Positions 11,768 through 22,194 of a stretch of DNA of 64,000 bases are shown one piece after another. Every line of letters begins with the position of its first letter. Position 1 is the first letter of the stretch. The notes beneath the pieces are model-generated. The model searched no databases and had not been told where the DNA came from. It saw nothing but the letters and a program-made list of their open reading frames with translations. This DNA is from Spirochaetia bacterium (GTDB lineage Bacteria; Spirochaetota; Spirochaetia; UBA9216). The stretch covers positions 800,001 through 864,000 of the forward strand of contig OZ223264.1 of NCBI GenBank assembly GCA_965140585.1. Direction: 5' to 3'. A program made the translations under genes and the position numbers.

Positions 11768-11854
11768 AGTTTTACTGCGGAGCGTGGCTTCCATCAGGAA
11801 GTTTCCGCATTATTACACTTTTTCTAATATAGGTCAATATATTTGAAAAAGTTT

Positions 11855-11927
11855 TGAGCCGTGTAGGGATCGAACCTACGACCCGCAGATTAAGAGTCTG
11901 CTGCTCTCCCAGCTGAGCTAACGGCCC
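11855..11927 (-). tRNA. tRNA-Lys(CTT)
   Basis: GGGCCGTTAGCTCAGCTGGGAGAGCA-GCAGA-CTCTTAA-TCTGC...GGTTCGATCCC. Confidence 0.97.
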
Positions 11928-11955
11928 GTTATTTAAATTGCCAAAAAACAAAGAC

Positions 11956-12029
<74 letters not shown>

Positions 12030-12058
12030 ATGCTCCTGTACGCAAAGTCAGGCGCTAG

Positions 12059-12132
12059 GGTGGATAACGGGACTTGAACCCGCAACACCCAGAACCACAA
12101 TCTGGTGCTCTACCGATTGAACTATATCCACC
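12059..12132 (-). tRNA. tRNA-His(GTG)
   Basis: G(-1)GTGGATATAGTTCAATCGGTAGAGCA-CCAGA-TTGTGGT-TCTGG...GGTTCAAGTCC, C discriminator. Confidence 0.97.
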
Positions 12133-12148
12133 ATATTACGTGCGTAGG

Positions 12149-12177
12149 AATATGCTATATTTTAGCTTTTTTGTCAA
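12149..12177 (-). promoter_or_regulatory. Sigma70-type promoter for the tRNA cluster
   Basis: TTGACA-17 nt-CATATT just upstream of tRNA-His. A second TTGACC-17-AATAAT lies upstream of tRNA-Leu (~11809-11837). Confidence 0.65.
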
Positions 12178-12263
12178 CCCGAAAGCAAAATCTAAAACCG
12201 CTTAAACCTTACACGAAATGGTATTAAATTTGAATCCCGCTTCGGTTTAATTATAATTTAAAT

Positions 12264-13355
12264 ATGAGAAGAAAGATCCTCTTTATAGCAGGAGCTGCTG
12301 CAGTTCTGGCTGTTTCAGTGCTCCTTGTTTACAGCAATCTGCGTCCATACAGGATCGGTGTTGTACTGCTTCAGAACGCCTCGGTTGTACAGGAGCAGTA
12401 TTTGGCTTCCCGGTTCTATGCAGAAAAACTTGAAAAAATAGGTATGCATCCGCTTAAAGTCATTTTTAAATCGCCTGATTCAGGCGAAGAGGCTCTACGG
12501 CAGTCCTGCAGGGAGCTTGTGGCGGAGAACGTCTCAGTAATCATAGGCGGAAGCATCAGCAGTGAGGGTGTGATCATTGCTGATGAGCTGAAGGATTCAG
12601 GTATTCCGGTTCTCGGAGTGACTGCTTCTACCGGCAGCCTAAGTGATTTGAAAGATAACTTTTTCAGAATCGCTATATCCGCCTTCGAGATAGGAAAGTG
12701 CTATGGTTCTCATTTTAATTCAAAAGGATATAGTTCAGTTACTGTGATAAGAGCTCAAAGCAACCAGGATTATACCGGTTCTCTTAGTGAAGGCGTTAAA
12801 TCCGTATTTAACGGACGAATCTCAGAATCTTTTTTTGAACCTGAAGCTATCTATACAGCTGATAGCAATGATGATGCCGTTCTGGCAATCTGTACCGCAT
12901 CTGAACTTATTCAGATTATCAAGAGTATAAGAATTCAGTCTCCGGATTTTAAAATCTATGCTACAGACTGGGGATTTGATGAACTGCTTTCGCTTTTTTC
13001 TATTCCGGAAATGGAGGGGGTTCTTTCATTAAGCAGAGTTGGAGCGATTGAAGACAGTAACCGGAAGCTGCTGGATGAGTATCATGAACAGATGCAGATC
13101 AAACCGACTTTTGGTGCGCTCACGGTTATCAGGGTAATGGATATATGCAGAACAGCCCTCATTGAAAGCGGTGATTCTCCTGAAGCGATAATTGATTATT
13201 TTTCAACTCCAAGATTTTATGACTCAGGCTACGGCCGGATTTATATGAATGAGTACGGCGATTCAATTCCTGAAAACATGTTTTTAAGGCAGATTGTTGA
13301 TTCCGAAATTGTAATTATAGAAGAGATTAGAAATGCAGATTTTCCGGAAAAATAA
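12264..13355 (+). CDS. Periplasmic binding protein type 1 (LivJ/LivK-like)
   Basis: N-terminal membrane anchor, YRIGVVL, VSVIIGGSISS, DNFFRI motifs. Confidence 0.75.
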   Translation: MRRKILFIAGAAAVLAVSVLLVYSNLRPYRIGVVLLQNASVVQEQYLASRFYAEKLEKIGMHPLKVIFKSPDSGEEALRQSCRELVAENVSVIIGGSISSEGVIIADELKDSGIPVLGVTASTGSLSDLKDNFFRIAISAFEIGKCYGSHFNSKGYSSVTVIRAQSNQDYTGSLSEGVKSVFNGRISESFFEPEAIYTADSNDDAVLAICTASELIQIIKSIRIQSPDFKIYATDWGFDELLSLFSIPEMEGVLSLSRVGAIEDSNRKLLDEYHEQMQIKPTFGALTVIRVMDICRTALIESGDSPEAIIDYFSTPRFYDSGYGRIYMNEYGDSIPENMFLRQIVDSEIVIIEEIRNADFPEK

Positions 13356-15009
13356 ATCTGAAGCCAAATCAATTATCAGAATCTATATAACCATAATCAG
13401 GTTTATTAAGGGTTCTGTTGCAATATTCAGTATTTTATCAATCAGTATAGTGCTGTTCTTTTACTCTTATCAGGCAGAACAGCTGCTAAAGAGGCTGGAC
13501 CACTGGAGTGTCACCTTTCAGGAAAGTCTTGATTTTATGCAGAAATCGGGGTTCCTTTCTTTTGAACGGCTGCGCTTTTTTTCCGATGCTGAAAGTTTTG
13601 TTTATGATATTGATGGTAACATTATTACTTCAAATACTGAGGGGCTTGAAGGTTTGAATATTCGGCCAAGCGCACTCTATATTGCAACCAAGAATCTGAA
13701 AAACGGACAGATTCATATAGGGATTTATCCTGATTTTAAGAGCAGTGAGCAGAAGGTAAATGTTGTAGAGCTAAATGATGGTATGTATGTCACTGTGAGC
13801 TACAGTCCTGATATATTTTTTCCTGCAATGATTTCAGGTATTGATGTAATTGCCGTAACACAGTCTTCCAGAGTCGTATATTCAAATTTATTTGAGTGGG
13901 TAGGGCTTTCAGTTAACATAAAGCATTTTCTCATTCTTCAGGGAAGGGCTTATTTAATCGGTTCAAAATCTCTAAGTCAGATGGAAAATGCGGAAATTGC
14001 GTTCTTTCTGGATATAACAGACTATATTATCCTCGGGGTAGTACTGATTTCAATTTTGGCAGTTTTTTTGCTGATACTATATCTCTTCTCGATCAGGCTG
14101 TCCATGGAAGTTAGAAAGCTTAGAAAAGAGCAGATAGAGATAACCTCCGCCGCTGAGTTTTTTCCCGATGATCTTACTGCACCGGATGCTGCAGCAACGG
14201 ATTCAGGTATGGATCACTACAGGAATCTTATACTGAAAGAGCAGAAGATTATTGAAAAAATTCAATCGGATTTCATCGAAAACCGGCATCTCCTTGAACT
14301 TTTTTACCGATTTGTAACTGCCTCAGGTTTTCTTCTTGAACGGATTGATTCTGAAGCCGGAAAGCGTGATTTGCTGCAGAAAAAAGCTCTGCATGAAAAG
14401 GATGTGCTGATGGCGGAAATTCATCACAGGGTAAAAAATAATCTGCAGATTATTTCAGCACTTCTGCAGATTCAGAGTGAAAAGGAAACAGATCCGAGAA
14501 TCCTTGATTTTGTAAGAAGCGCTGTTGCCAGAATTCATTCAATAGCCTTCGTTCATGAAGCTCTTTATTCAGGAGATGACCTGATTACTGTTTCAACTGA
14601 GGAATTCTTTTTCGGTCTTCTCAGAGACCTCTGTATGATAACAGGCATGGAAGAGGTTGAATTGAAACTTGATTTAGACTCATTTCCACTTAACCTTACC
14701 GAACTGGTTTCGCTTGGTTTGATTTTCAGTGAGCTTATTATTAATTCTCAGAAGCACGCATTCAATGATTCGGTTAAAGGTGAAATTTATGTGTTGATGA
14801 AAAAAGAGGTCAACGGCACAATTACTGTAAAATATGGTGATAATGGTCCCGGTCTGCCCCAATTCTTCCGGATTGAAGATTCCGGAAGAATTGGGCTTAC
14901 TCTGGTGCATGATCTTGTAAAACAGCTGGGTGGTACTATGCTTACTGAGGCGCCCGATAAACATTATGCTGTTTCATTTTCATTTATCCCCTCAGGCGCG
15001 CCTTTTTGA
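13333..15009 (+). CDS. Membrane sensor histidine kinase, HisKA_2 family
   Basis: Two TM segments, EIHHRVKNNLQII H-box, ELIINSQKHAF, DNGPG. Confidence 0.9.
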   Translation: MQIFRKNKSEAKSIIRIYITIIRFIKGSVAIFSILSISIVLFFYSYQAEQLLKRLDHWSVTFQESLDFMQKSGFLSFERLRFFSDAESFVYDIDGNIITSNTEGLEGLNIRPSALYIATKNLKNGQIHIGIYPDFKSSEQKVNVVELNDGMYVTVSYSPDIFFPAMISGIDVIAVTQSSRVVYSNLFEWVGLSVNIKHFLILQGRAYLIGSKSLSQMENAEIAFFLDITDYIILGVVLISILAVFLLILYLFSIRLSMEVRKLRKEQIEITSAAEFFPDDLTAPDAAATDSGMDHYRNLILKEQKIIEKIQSDFIENRHLLELFYRFVTASGFLLERIDSEAGKRDLLQKKALHEKDVLMAEIHHRVKNNLQIISALLQIQSEKETDPRILDFVRSAVARIHSIAFVHEALYSGDDLITVSTEEFFFGLLRDLCMITGMEEVELKLDLDSFPLNLTELVSLGLIFSELIINSQKHAFNDSVKGEIYVLMKKEVNGTITVKYGDNGPGLPQFFRIEDSGRIGLTLVHDLVKQLGGTMLTEAPDKHYAVSFSFIPSGAPF

Positions 15010-15014
15010 AAATT

Positions 15015-15632
15015 TTATCTGGAATAATATTCGATTATCAATCTCTGATTAGCTTTTATATTCTCCGAAAGCCCTTCGGGAGAAGCTGCTACATCTGCTT
15101 TGAATTCATCATTGTCTGTATTCAGCCAGGCTGTTGTTCTTCTGGATATACTGCCCAGATTCTGTCTGGCCAGATCTCGGACTCCCTTTTTTGATGTGAG
15201 TGTTATTTCATCTCCGGGGCTTATCTGCGCTGATGGAATATTCAGTCTTTTTCCGTTTACCAGGATATGACCGTGAGAAACCATCTGCCTTGCCTGGGCT
15301 CTGCTTGATGCCCAGTTCAGACGGAACACAGTGTTGTCTATTCTCTGCTCCAGCATCTTCAGCATATTCATGCCTGTATCGCCGGGTCTTTTTTTTGCCT
15401 TTTCATAGAGATTGTAAAACTGCTTTTCCGAAAGTCCATAGGTGAATCTGAGTTTCTGTTTTGCTTCGAGCTGAAGTCCGTAGTCACTGATCTTTCTGCG
15501 GTCTCTTGTTTTAGGAGCTTTTCCGGGCTTATTCGGTTTGCGATCCAGCAGCTTCGAATATTTCGGCTGTTCGAATATATTATCACCGAAGCGTCTTACA
15601 ATTTTACCCTTCGGGTTGTTTAATCTTGCCAT
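15015..15632 (-). CDS. rpsD: 30S ribosomal protein S4
   Basis: SDYGLQLEAKQKLRFTYG, LEQRIDNTVFR, ARQMVSHGHILVNG, C-terminal IIEYYSR. Confidence 0.97.
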   Translation of the reverse strand: MARLNNPKGKIVRRFGDNIFEQPKYSKLLDRKPNKPGKAPKTRDRRKISDYGLQLEAKQKLRFTYGLSEKQFYNLYEKAKKRPGDTGMNMLKMLEQRIDNTVFRLNWASSRAQARQMVSHGHILVNGKRLNIPSAQISPGDEITLTSKKGVRDLARQNLGSISRRTTAWLNTDNDEFKADVAASPEGLSENIKANQRLIIEYYSR

Positions 15633-15695
15633 TTGGCCTCCTGTTCAGACTTAATAAGATAATTAGGAGACTCTAAGTTGTCAAGATATAGATTA

Positions 15696-17945
15696 CTAAT
15701 TTACTAATGTATATGAAAGTTTGATGAATTTCATCTGCCATGCAACCGTTTTTCCGGATGCTGCAGCACTGATAATCTGTACCAGCCGGGAAATATCATC
15801 AACGGACAGAAGGTCCTTAAGTGCTGACCCGTAGCTTCCTCCGGGTTCAAACCATTTGTTCATATCTTCTGCCGAAATCAGGCGTTTTTCGGTGATCGTT
15901 TCGATGCTGTGAACATATTTCAGCCCGGATTCTTTTGCCGCCTGTACAATGTTTTCTTCATTCCAGTTTACAAGCGGGTTATCCGGCTGGCTGTAAATTG
16001 AATCTTCGGCGCTTTTTAACGCAGCTAAGAGAGCCTCTTGAGATGAGAGGGCATCGCTTACTTCAGCAAGTGCCGAAAGCCGCTGGGCACCGGAGGGGAT
16101 AATCTGGTGGATTACCGCATGTCCTCCAGGCTGAAGCAGTTTTACTGTCTGCTGCAGAAAGGCGGTTTTATCCGGCTCCCTTGTCAGAAGATCCGAGAGT
16201 ATTATCAGGTCGAATTTGAGACCTTCTTCCAGTGAATGAAAAATCCTTCCGCTCCGGATTGCCTCAGCGGGAGCGGCTGCAGGGCCGGTACTGTCGGTGT
16301 TATTTTTTATTTCAACAGGACGCCTGTCCTCCGGGAGCCCCTGAGCATGATGAGCGGCAATTTCTGAAGCCCTGCTTCCGGAGGTCATGTACCATACGCC
16401 TCCCTCGGGAGTCTTTCTTACCGCCTCCCAGAGAAGTACCGGAGGCTTGTTTTCAAGCACAAGAATACAGTCATGCCTTTTTATATTAAGAGATTCAAAA
16501 ATCGAGTTTCTGATTATTGAAAGCGTAGTTCCGGAACTGTCGGTGACTCTTTTTAGCCACCGTTCCTGCTGTCTGTCAGGCGGGCTGAATGTGAGAATTT
16601 CCTCATGCTCAGGCTGAACGGCCGCAGACAGCTGTATTTCCCGTCTTTTTTCAACTGAATCACGTATACCTTTTTCGAATCCCTGATCCGAAGGCTGGTA
16701 GAATATTCTGCCCTGAAGTCCAGAGGGCAGGTACTGCTGGGCAACCCAGTGATCACGGTAGGCATGCGGATACATATAGCCTGCGCCGTGACCGAAGCCT
16801 TCCTTATCACGTCCGGCATCTTTAAGATGGTTTGGGACTTCCCCTGAGCCGTCTTTTTCTATTGAATTAAGTGCGTCGAAGAATGCCAGTGTTGAGTTGG
16901 ATTTGGGTGCTGTCGCGAGGTAAAGTGCTGCCTGCGCAAGGTGGAACTGACCCTCCGGAAGCCCGACCCTGTCGAATGATGCAGCTGCAGATTCAACAAC
17001 CCCAAGCGCTGCAGGGTCCGCAAGTCCGATATCTTCGCTTGCACTGATAAGCATTCGTCTGAACAGGTAGCGGGGATCTTCTCCCGCTCTTATCATCGTA
17101 GCCATCCAGTACAGTGCCGCATCGGGATCCGAACCCCGAATAGATTTGATGAATGCGCTTATTGTATCAAAATGATAATCACCTTCCTTATCATAGAGGA
17201 CGGCTTTTTTCTGTATACTTTCCTCTGCTGTCTGCAGGTCTATTTTAATTGCGGAACCCGGTTCGGGAGGGAACTTGTCTGCTGAGGTTTCAACTGCCAG
17301 TTCAAGGGCGTTAAGCAGGCTTCTGGCATCCCCCGAAGATATATCCACAAGGTGCCCCAATGCTTCTTCACTTATCTGTACATCAAACCTGCCGTAACCG
17401 CGCTGACTGTCGGCAAGAGCCTGTCTTGCTATATTATACAAATCATCGGTTGTGAGTGATTTAAGCTGGAAAATACGGCTTCGGCTCACAAGCGCCTTGT
17501 TTACTTCAAAGTAGGGGTTCTCCGTTGTCGCTCCAATTAATATGACCGTTCCGTTTTCAACCCAGGGCAGCAGCGCATCCTGCTGTGACTTGTTCCATCG
17601 ATGAACTTCGTCAACGAAGAGGATTGTACGCCTTCCATACAGATCCCGGTGATTCTGCGCTTCGGCAATAGCGTCGCGGAGGTTTTTTACACCGTCAAGG
17701 ACTGCGTTCATTGTGATGAAGTAGCTTTCTGTTGTGTTTGCAATTACCTGGGCAAGGGTAGTCTTTCCTGTTCCCGGAGGACCGTAAAAGATTATAGACG
17801 ACATCCTGTCTGCCTGAATCAGCCTTCGCAGCAGTCTGCCCGGACCGGCAATGTGGCCCTGTCCAATGAATTCCTCGATGGTTCTCGGCCTCATTCGGTG
17901 GGCGAGAGGCGCATTTGTGTCGGGGCTTGATGAGAAAAGGTCCAT
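15696..17945 (-). CDS. rarA: Replication-associated recombination protein RarA (MgsA) with C-terminal methyltransferase-like extension
   Basis: [60 protein letters not shown], plus about 300 extra C-terminal residues. Confidence 0.92.
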   Translation of the reverse strand: MDLFSSSPDTNAPLAHRMRPRTIEEFIGQGHIAGPGRLLRRLIQADRMSSIIFYGPPGTGKTTLAQVIANTTESYFITMNAVLDGVKNLRDAIAEAQNHRDLYGRRTILFVDEVHRWNKSQQDALLPWVENGTVILIGATTENPYFEVNKALVSRSRIFQLKSLTTDDLYNIARQALADSQRGYGRFDVQISEEALGHLVDISSGDARSLLNALELAVETSADKFPPEPGSAIKIDLQTAEESIQKKAVLYDKEGDYHFDTISAFIKSIRGSDPDAALYWMATMIRAGEDPRYLFRRMLISASEDIGLADPAALGVVESAAASFDRVGLPEGQFHLAQAALYLATAPKSNSTLAFFDALNSIEKDGSGEVPNHLKDAGRDKEGFGHGAGYMYPHAYRDHWVAQQYLPSGLQGRIFYQPSDQGFEKGIRDSVEKRREIQLSAAVQPEHEEILTFSPPDRQQERWLKRVTDSSGTTLSIIRNSIFESLNIKRHDCILVLENKPPVLLWEAVRKTPEGGVWYMTSGSRASEIAAHHAQGLPEDRRPVEIKNNTDSTGPAAAPAEAIRSGRIFHSLEEGLKFDLIILSDLLTREPDKTAFLQQTVKLLQPGGHAVIHQIIPSGAQRLSALAEVSDALSSQEALLAALKSAEDSIYSQPDNPLVNWNEENIVQAAKESGLKYVHSIETITEKRLISAEDMNKWFEPGGSYGSALKDLLSVDDISRLVQIISAAASGKTVAWQMKFIKLSYTLVN

Positions 17946-18095
17946 GACTTTGGATTATAGAATGATTCAGGTGATCTGGGAAGCATTCATAAAGATATCG
18001 ATATAATAAAGTTCTTCATCTCCATATCAGTATAACCTGACAAAAAAAGTTAACTTTACTTGTCGTTTATGCTTATTTTAGTAACAGGAGTATTT

Positions 18096-19253
18096 ATGAA
18101 AAATTTACATTTTTCGATTATTATATTGCTGCTGTTATCAGTTGTCGTTCTGGCCGGTTCTGCTCAGAGCAAATCGGAAATCATTACAGGTGATGCCGGT
18201 ACCAGGATTCTTGCTGAGGATTACGGTGTTTTTAAACAGCCCTGGGCAATGACTTTCACAGGGGATCAGGAGCTGCTGATAACCGAAAGGACCGGCAGTT
18301 TAATTATTTATAACATCGAAAGCGGAAGTCGCATTCAAGTCAGCGGAGTTCCGCAAACCACCTATGGTGGCCAGGGAGGTCTTGGTGATGTGATCCTTCA
18401 TCCCGGCTACACGGATAACAGAATTATTTATATTTCCTATGCTGAAGCAGGAGCTTCCGGCCTTTCCGGAGCAGCTGTTGCCAGGGCTGTGCTGGAACGT
18501 TCCGGCGGTTCAGCTTCACTTAAAGATCTGGAGGTTATATGGCGACAGTATCCCAAGGTAAGCGGAACCGGGCATTATTCGCATCGGCTGGCGTTTGACC
18601 GTGACGGGTATTTGTATATTTCCTCCGGAGAAAGGCAGAAACAGCAGCCCGCACAGGACTGGAGCCAGAGCCTTGGGAAAATAATAAGAATAAAAGATGA
18701 CGGTACCGTGCCCGAAGATAATCCATTTCAGGCTAAGGGCGGGCTTGCAGAATCATTCTGGACTTTGGGACACCGTAATGTTCTTGGATTAGCCTTTGAC
18801 AGCAGATGGCAGCTGTGGGCTGTCGAAATGGGGCCTCGTCACGGTGATGAGTTTAACCGGATAATTCGCGGGGAAAATTACGGCTGGCCTCTGGTTTCCT
18901 GGGGTAATCAATATTCCGGTGCCGACATTCCCGATCATGATACAAGGACGGAATTCTATGCCCCCGATGAGTACTGGGTTCCGAGTATTGCACCTTCCTG
19001 TCTGATCATTTATGACGGCGAACTTTTTCCGGACTGGCGGGATAATGCCCTCATAGGCGGGCTTGTATCGCAGAGTCTTGTGAGAGTAAATACACTAGGC
19101 GGCAAAGCCAATGAAACGGAACGATTCAGTATGGGGCGACGGATTCGGGAGATAGAGCAGGGCTCTGACGGGGCTGTCTGGATTCTTGAGGATCGTGACG
19201 GTGCAAGACTTCGGAGGCTGACTCCGGCAGAGTATATGTCAGCTGATAGCTGA
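18096..19253 (+). CDS. PQQ-dependent aldose sugar dehydrogenase (YliI/GSDH family)
   Basis: [48 protein letters not shown]. Start set at ATG 18096 after AGGAG. Confidence 0.9.
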   Translation: MKNLHFSIIILLLLSVVVLAGSAQSKSEIITGDAGTRILAEDYGVFKQPWAMTFTGDQELLITERTGSLIIYNIESGSRIQVSGVPQTTYGGQGGLGDVILHPGYTDNRIIYISYAEAGASGLSGAAVARAVLERSGGSASLKDLEVIWRQYPKVSGTGHYSHRLAFDRDGYLYISSGERQKQQPAQDWSQSLGKIIRIKDDGTVPEDNPFQAKGGLAESFWTLGHRNVLGLAFDSRWQLWAVEMGPRHGDEFNRIIRGENYGWPLVSWGNQYSGADIPDHDTRTEFYAPDEYWVPSIAPSCLIIYDGELFPDWRDNALIGGLVSQSLVRVNTLGGKANETERFSMGRRIREIEQGSDGAVWILEDRDGARLRRLTPAEYMSADS

Positions 19254-19265
19254 TATCCGTCTCTG

Positions 19266-20284
19266 TCATCCGAAACAGAAATCCTCATAATGAATATTGT
19301 TTCGATGTATATCCATATTCTTTAGGAGCTGAAGCACAATCTTTCTCACGACGGGAGACGAGCAAATGAAGAAGGAGCAGGCTTCAGGTGCTTCTAATCT
19401 ACTTCTGAAATACTCTTCACTGAAAGTATTCCATCCTATTTATAGAATAAAAAGTTCACCTCGAGGTTTTTCATTTACTTTCCCATTCCCTCGAGCGTGG
19501 AATATTCTGGTAATTCCTCTCTTGTGTTGACTGAGAGAAAGGCTTTTATCATTCGTTTTTCATCCACTTTTTGGAACTCTTTTAAAAGGCTGACTATTGG
19601 AACTGCTCCGATCCCCGAACCTATAAGGCAGATATATTTTTCATCCTGCGGTCTGAAATTTCCGAATGCCCCGCTCAGGCTGATTTTGTCATCCTGATGT
19701 AAATTTTCGAGATTTTTTGTGAATCTTCCGATTATACGGGCGGCAAATTTATCATCACCATGGGCGGAAAGATATGAGAATGGGTGTTCTCCTCTCACAC
19801 CGGGAATGCGTATAAATGAGAACTGTCCGCTTTTATACAGATATTGCCTTTTTGTACGGACTGATAGCGTTACTATATGTTCTGCAATTGATAGTGATGA
19901 AACGACGGCGGAGGTTCTGCCGGCAGGGAGTTTGGACAGAACAAATGAAATTACCGCACTGACATAGACCAGAACAAGAAGAATACCTGATCCCGGCAGA
20001 GCTATCCAGATTAAAGCTGCAGAGAGCATTATCAGGATTAAGATTATCAGTGTTATCCGTTCGGCAATAAGTGAGTATCCGTAAATAAGTTTATAAAAAG
20101 CGTGATAGGCAGTGAATAATATAAGGGCGGATGTTGAATAGATGTGCAGCTGAACCCTTTTATCATAGGGTAGAGCCTGCTGCAGCAGGGGAATCTTTGA
20201 ACCGAGAATCATGTTGCCCAGAAGCAGATGGTATGCGAAAACCGAACAAAAATAATTTAATAGATCAGCGATTCCATTCCACAT
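19266..20284 (-). pseudogene. Degraded ferric-reductase/FNR-like membrane flavoprotein
   Basis: Shortened TM region, GQFSFI..EHPFS, LIGSGIGAVP. After a stop at 19475, the homologous tail (FICSSPVVRK...NIHYEDFCFG*) continues across stops and frameshifts to 19266. Confidence 0.7.
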
Positions 20285-20374
20285 TCCAAATTAAATCCCT
20301 GTATATATTACTATCCCTGCCTGTGTGACCGGGAGTAGTATAAATAGTATAATAAATATAATCATAAAAAGCTG

Positions 20375-20734
20375 CTATTCCTGTAGAAGTTCAAACAGTT
20401 TTGTCAGCCATTCTTTGTGCATATCTCTTATATTACCGCGACCCCATTTTGATGCTGCGGTAATTGTATCGACACCGTTTTCGCTTTCTGTTCTATCAGA
20501 ATACTGCACACTCAATGAACTTCTGTTTTTCACAACATTGACTACTATGACTTTTACTCCGCCCGGGATTGAGTTGAGGAAGTTCAGAAGGACAGGATCT
20601 GTCCCAGTGCTCATTCTGGAATTGAGAATCACCAGAGCGGAATAATCTGAAAAATTAATCTGCTTACTTACATCAAGCGGCTTAAAGGTAATGTTTCTGT
20701 CAATCTTTCGTCCTTCCTTTTGCACATACTCCAC
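20375..20734 (-). CDS. Hypothetical protein, possibly a flavodoxin-like fragment
   Basis: 119-aa ORF with an alternating beta/alpha pattern (YSALVILNS, KVIVVNV, GVDTITAAS). May be 5' truncated. Confidence 0.4.
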   Translation of the reverse strand: MEYVQKEGRKIDRNITFKPLDVSKQINFSDYSALVILNSRMSTGTDPVLLNFLNSIPGGVKVIVVNVVKNRSSLSVQYSDRTESENGVDTITAASKWGRGNIRDMHKEWLTKLFELLQE

Positions 20735-21383
20735 GGCATGCCGGTTTGTTCCCTTTGCCTAATTATACACAAGCCCTATCTGTGAGCTTTCCGCTGAAAT
20801 ATACGCTGTAACACTGATAGGAGGAATAGAATTATAAATGTGATTTTTGCTGCACGCATAGCAATCTCCTTCTGTTAGAACAGTCAGTTGAGAATAATTC
20901 CGGATGCCATAAGTGCTGTTCCGGCAATACCAAGGCTGCTGTGATATTCTGTTGGAGCAATGATGGGAGCAACAGTCTTGCTTCACCGTCTCCTTCATCA
21001 TCTTCTGGTTCAGCAATAATAGTTACAAATCCGAGAATGACGCTGCTGTATCGGGCATATTCATGAATTCAGCTTAATGTGTTTAATAGAGCAATATCAT
21101 CTGTTATTTGTGCAGGTACAGATATTCCAAGCTTTTCCGGAATAGGGACATCATCGGCAGCTAGTATTGTTTGAGTCTGAGCCGGCAGGGGCAAAATTAA
21201 GGATAAAAAAAATAATATTGAAACTGTCTTCATAGAACCCTCGACAATATTGAAGACTAATGAATCATACACTGTAAATCAAGTTATTGTACTTATGGAA
21301 ATATATGAAGTTAATTACGGTTTTTTGGATTTGTTCTGTACTCACCGGCCAGGATCGTTTAAATTTATCTTACTGGAGATTAT

Positions 21384-22082
21384 ATGAACAGCAGTTATTT
21401 TGACAGGCTGACGGAATACGCAGGAAAGCGTTTTGAAAGCTGCGACAGAAGAATTATTGGAAGTGAGGATGCATTTCGTTCCGCTGTAGTTATCCCTTTT
21501 TTCAATGATAATGGAATAGAATCCATACTTTTTGAAAAAAGAGCCGCTAATATCAGGCAGGGCGGGGAGATATGTTTTCCAGGGGGAATGGTCGATGAAG
21601 AGGACGGCAACTCTCTTGAAACGGTAGTTCGTGAGACTGAAGAGGAAACCGGAATTTCCAGGGACATGATTGAAGTACATGAATCTGCGGGGTACATGCT
21701 CACGACAATGGGAGCCTTTGTTGATGTTTACATGGGCAGGCTGCTGGTTAACTCAATGGAGCTGTTTCAGCCTAATCCCGATGAGGTAGAGAAGCTGTTT
21801 TCAATTCCGGTTGATTTTTTTATGGATACTGAACCCGAGATATATAATTACCGGCTCTCTATAGATCCCTGGTTTACAGATGAAAAAGGTGATCGGGTTG
21901 AGCTCTTTCCGGCAGAAGCGCTGGGGCTTCCAGAACGTTACTGGAACAGCTGGTCGCATACAAGAAACAGGTTTGTCGTGTACCGCTATGGCGGTGAGGT
22001 TATCTGGGGCCTTACTTCGAGGATAATGTACAGTATTTCGAAGATGCTTAAAAAAGTACAGCGGCCTGGAATGGACCGCTGA
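21384..22082 (+). CDS. Nudix hydrolase, CoA pyrophosphatase family
   Basis: QGGEICFPGG..RETEEETG Nudix box, NPDEVEKLF, IWGLT. Confidence 0.92.
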   Translation: MNSSYFDRLTEYAGKRFESCDRRIIGSEDAFRSAVVIPFFNDNGIESILFEKRAANIRQGGEICFPGGMVDEEDGNSLETVVRETEEETGISRDMIEVHESAGYMLTTMGAFVDVYMGRLLVNSMELFQPNPDEVEKLFSIPVDFFMDTEPEIYNYRLSIDPWFTDEKGDRVELFPAEALGLPERYWNSWSHTRNRFVVYRYGGEVIWGLTSRIMYSISKMLKKVQRPGMDR

Positions 22083-22194
22083 AAAAGGAGTTAAGTAAGT
22101 TATGAAGATGTTTAAAAAGCATTATTAGTGCTTTGAAAACATCAAGTTAAAATAATATTCAGCTCTAATGTTCACGTCAAGTCTTTTATTTTCT

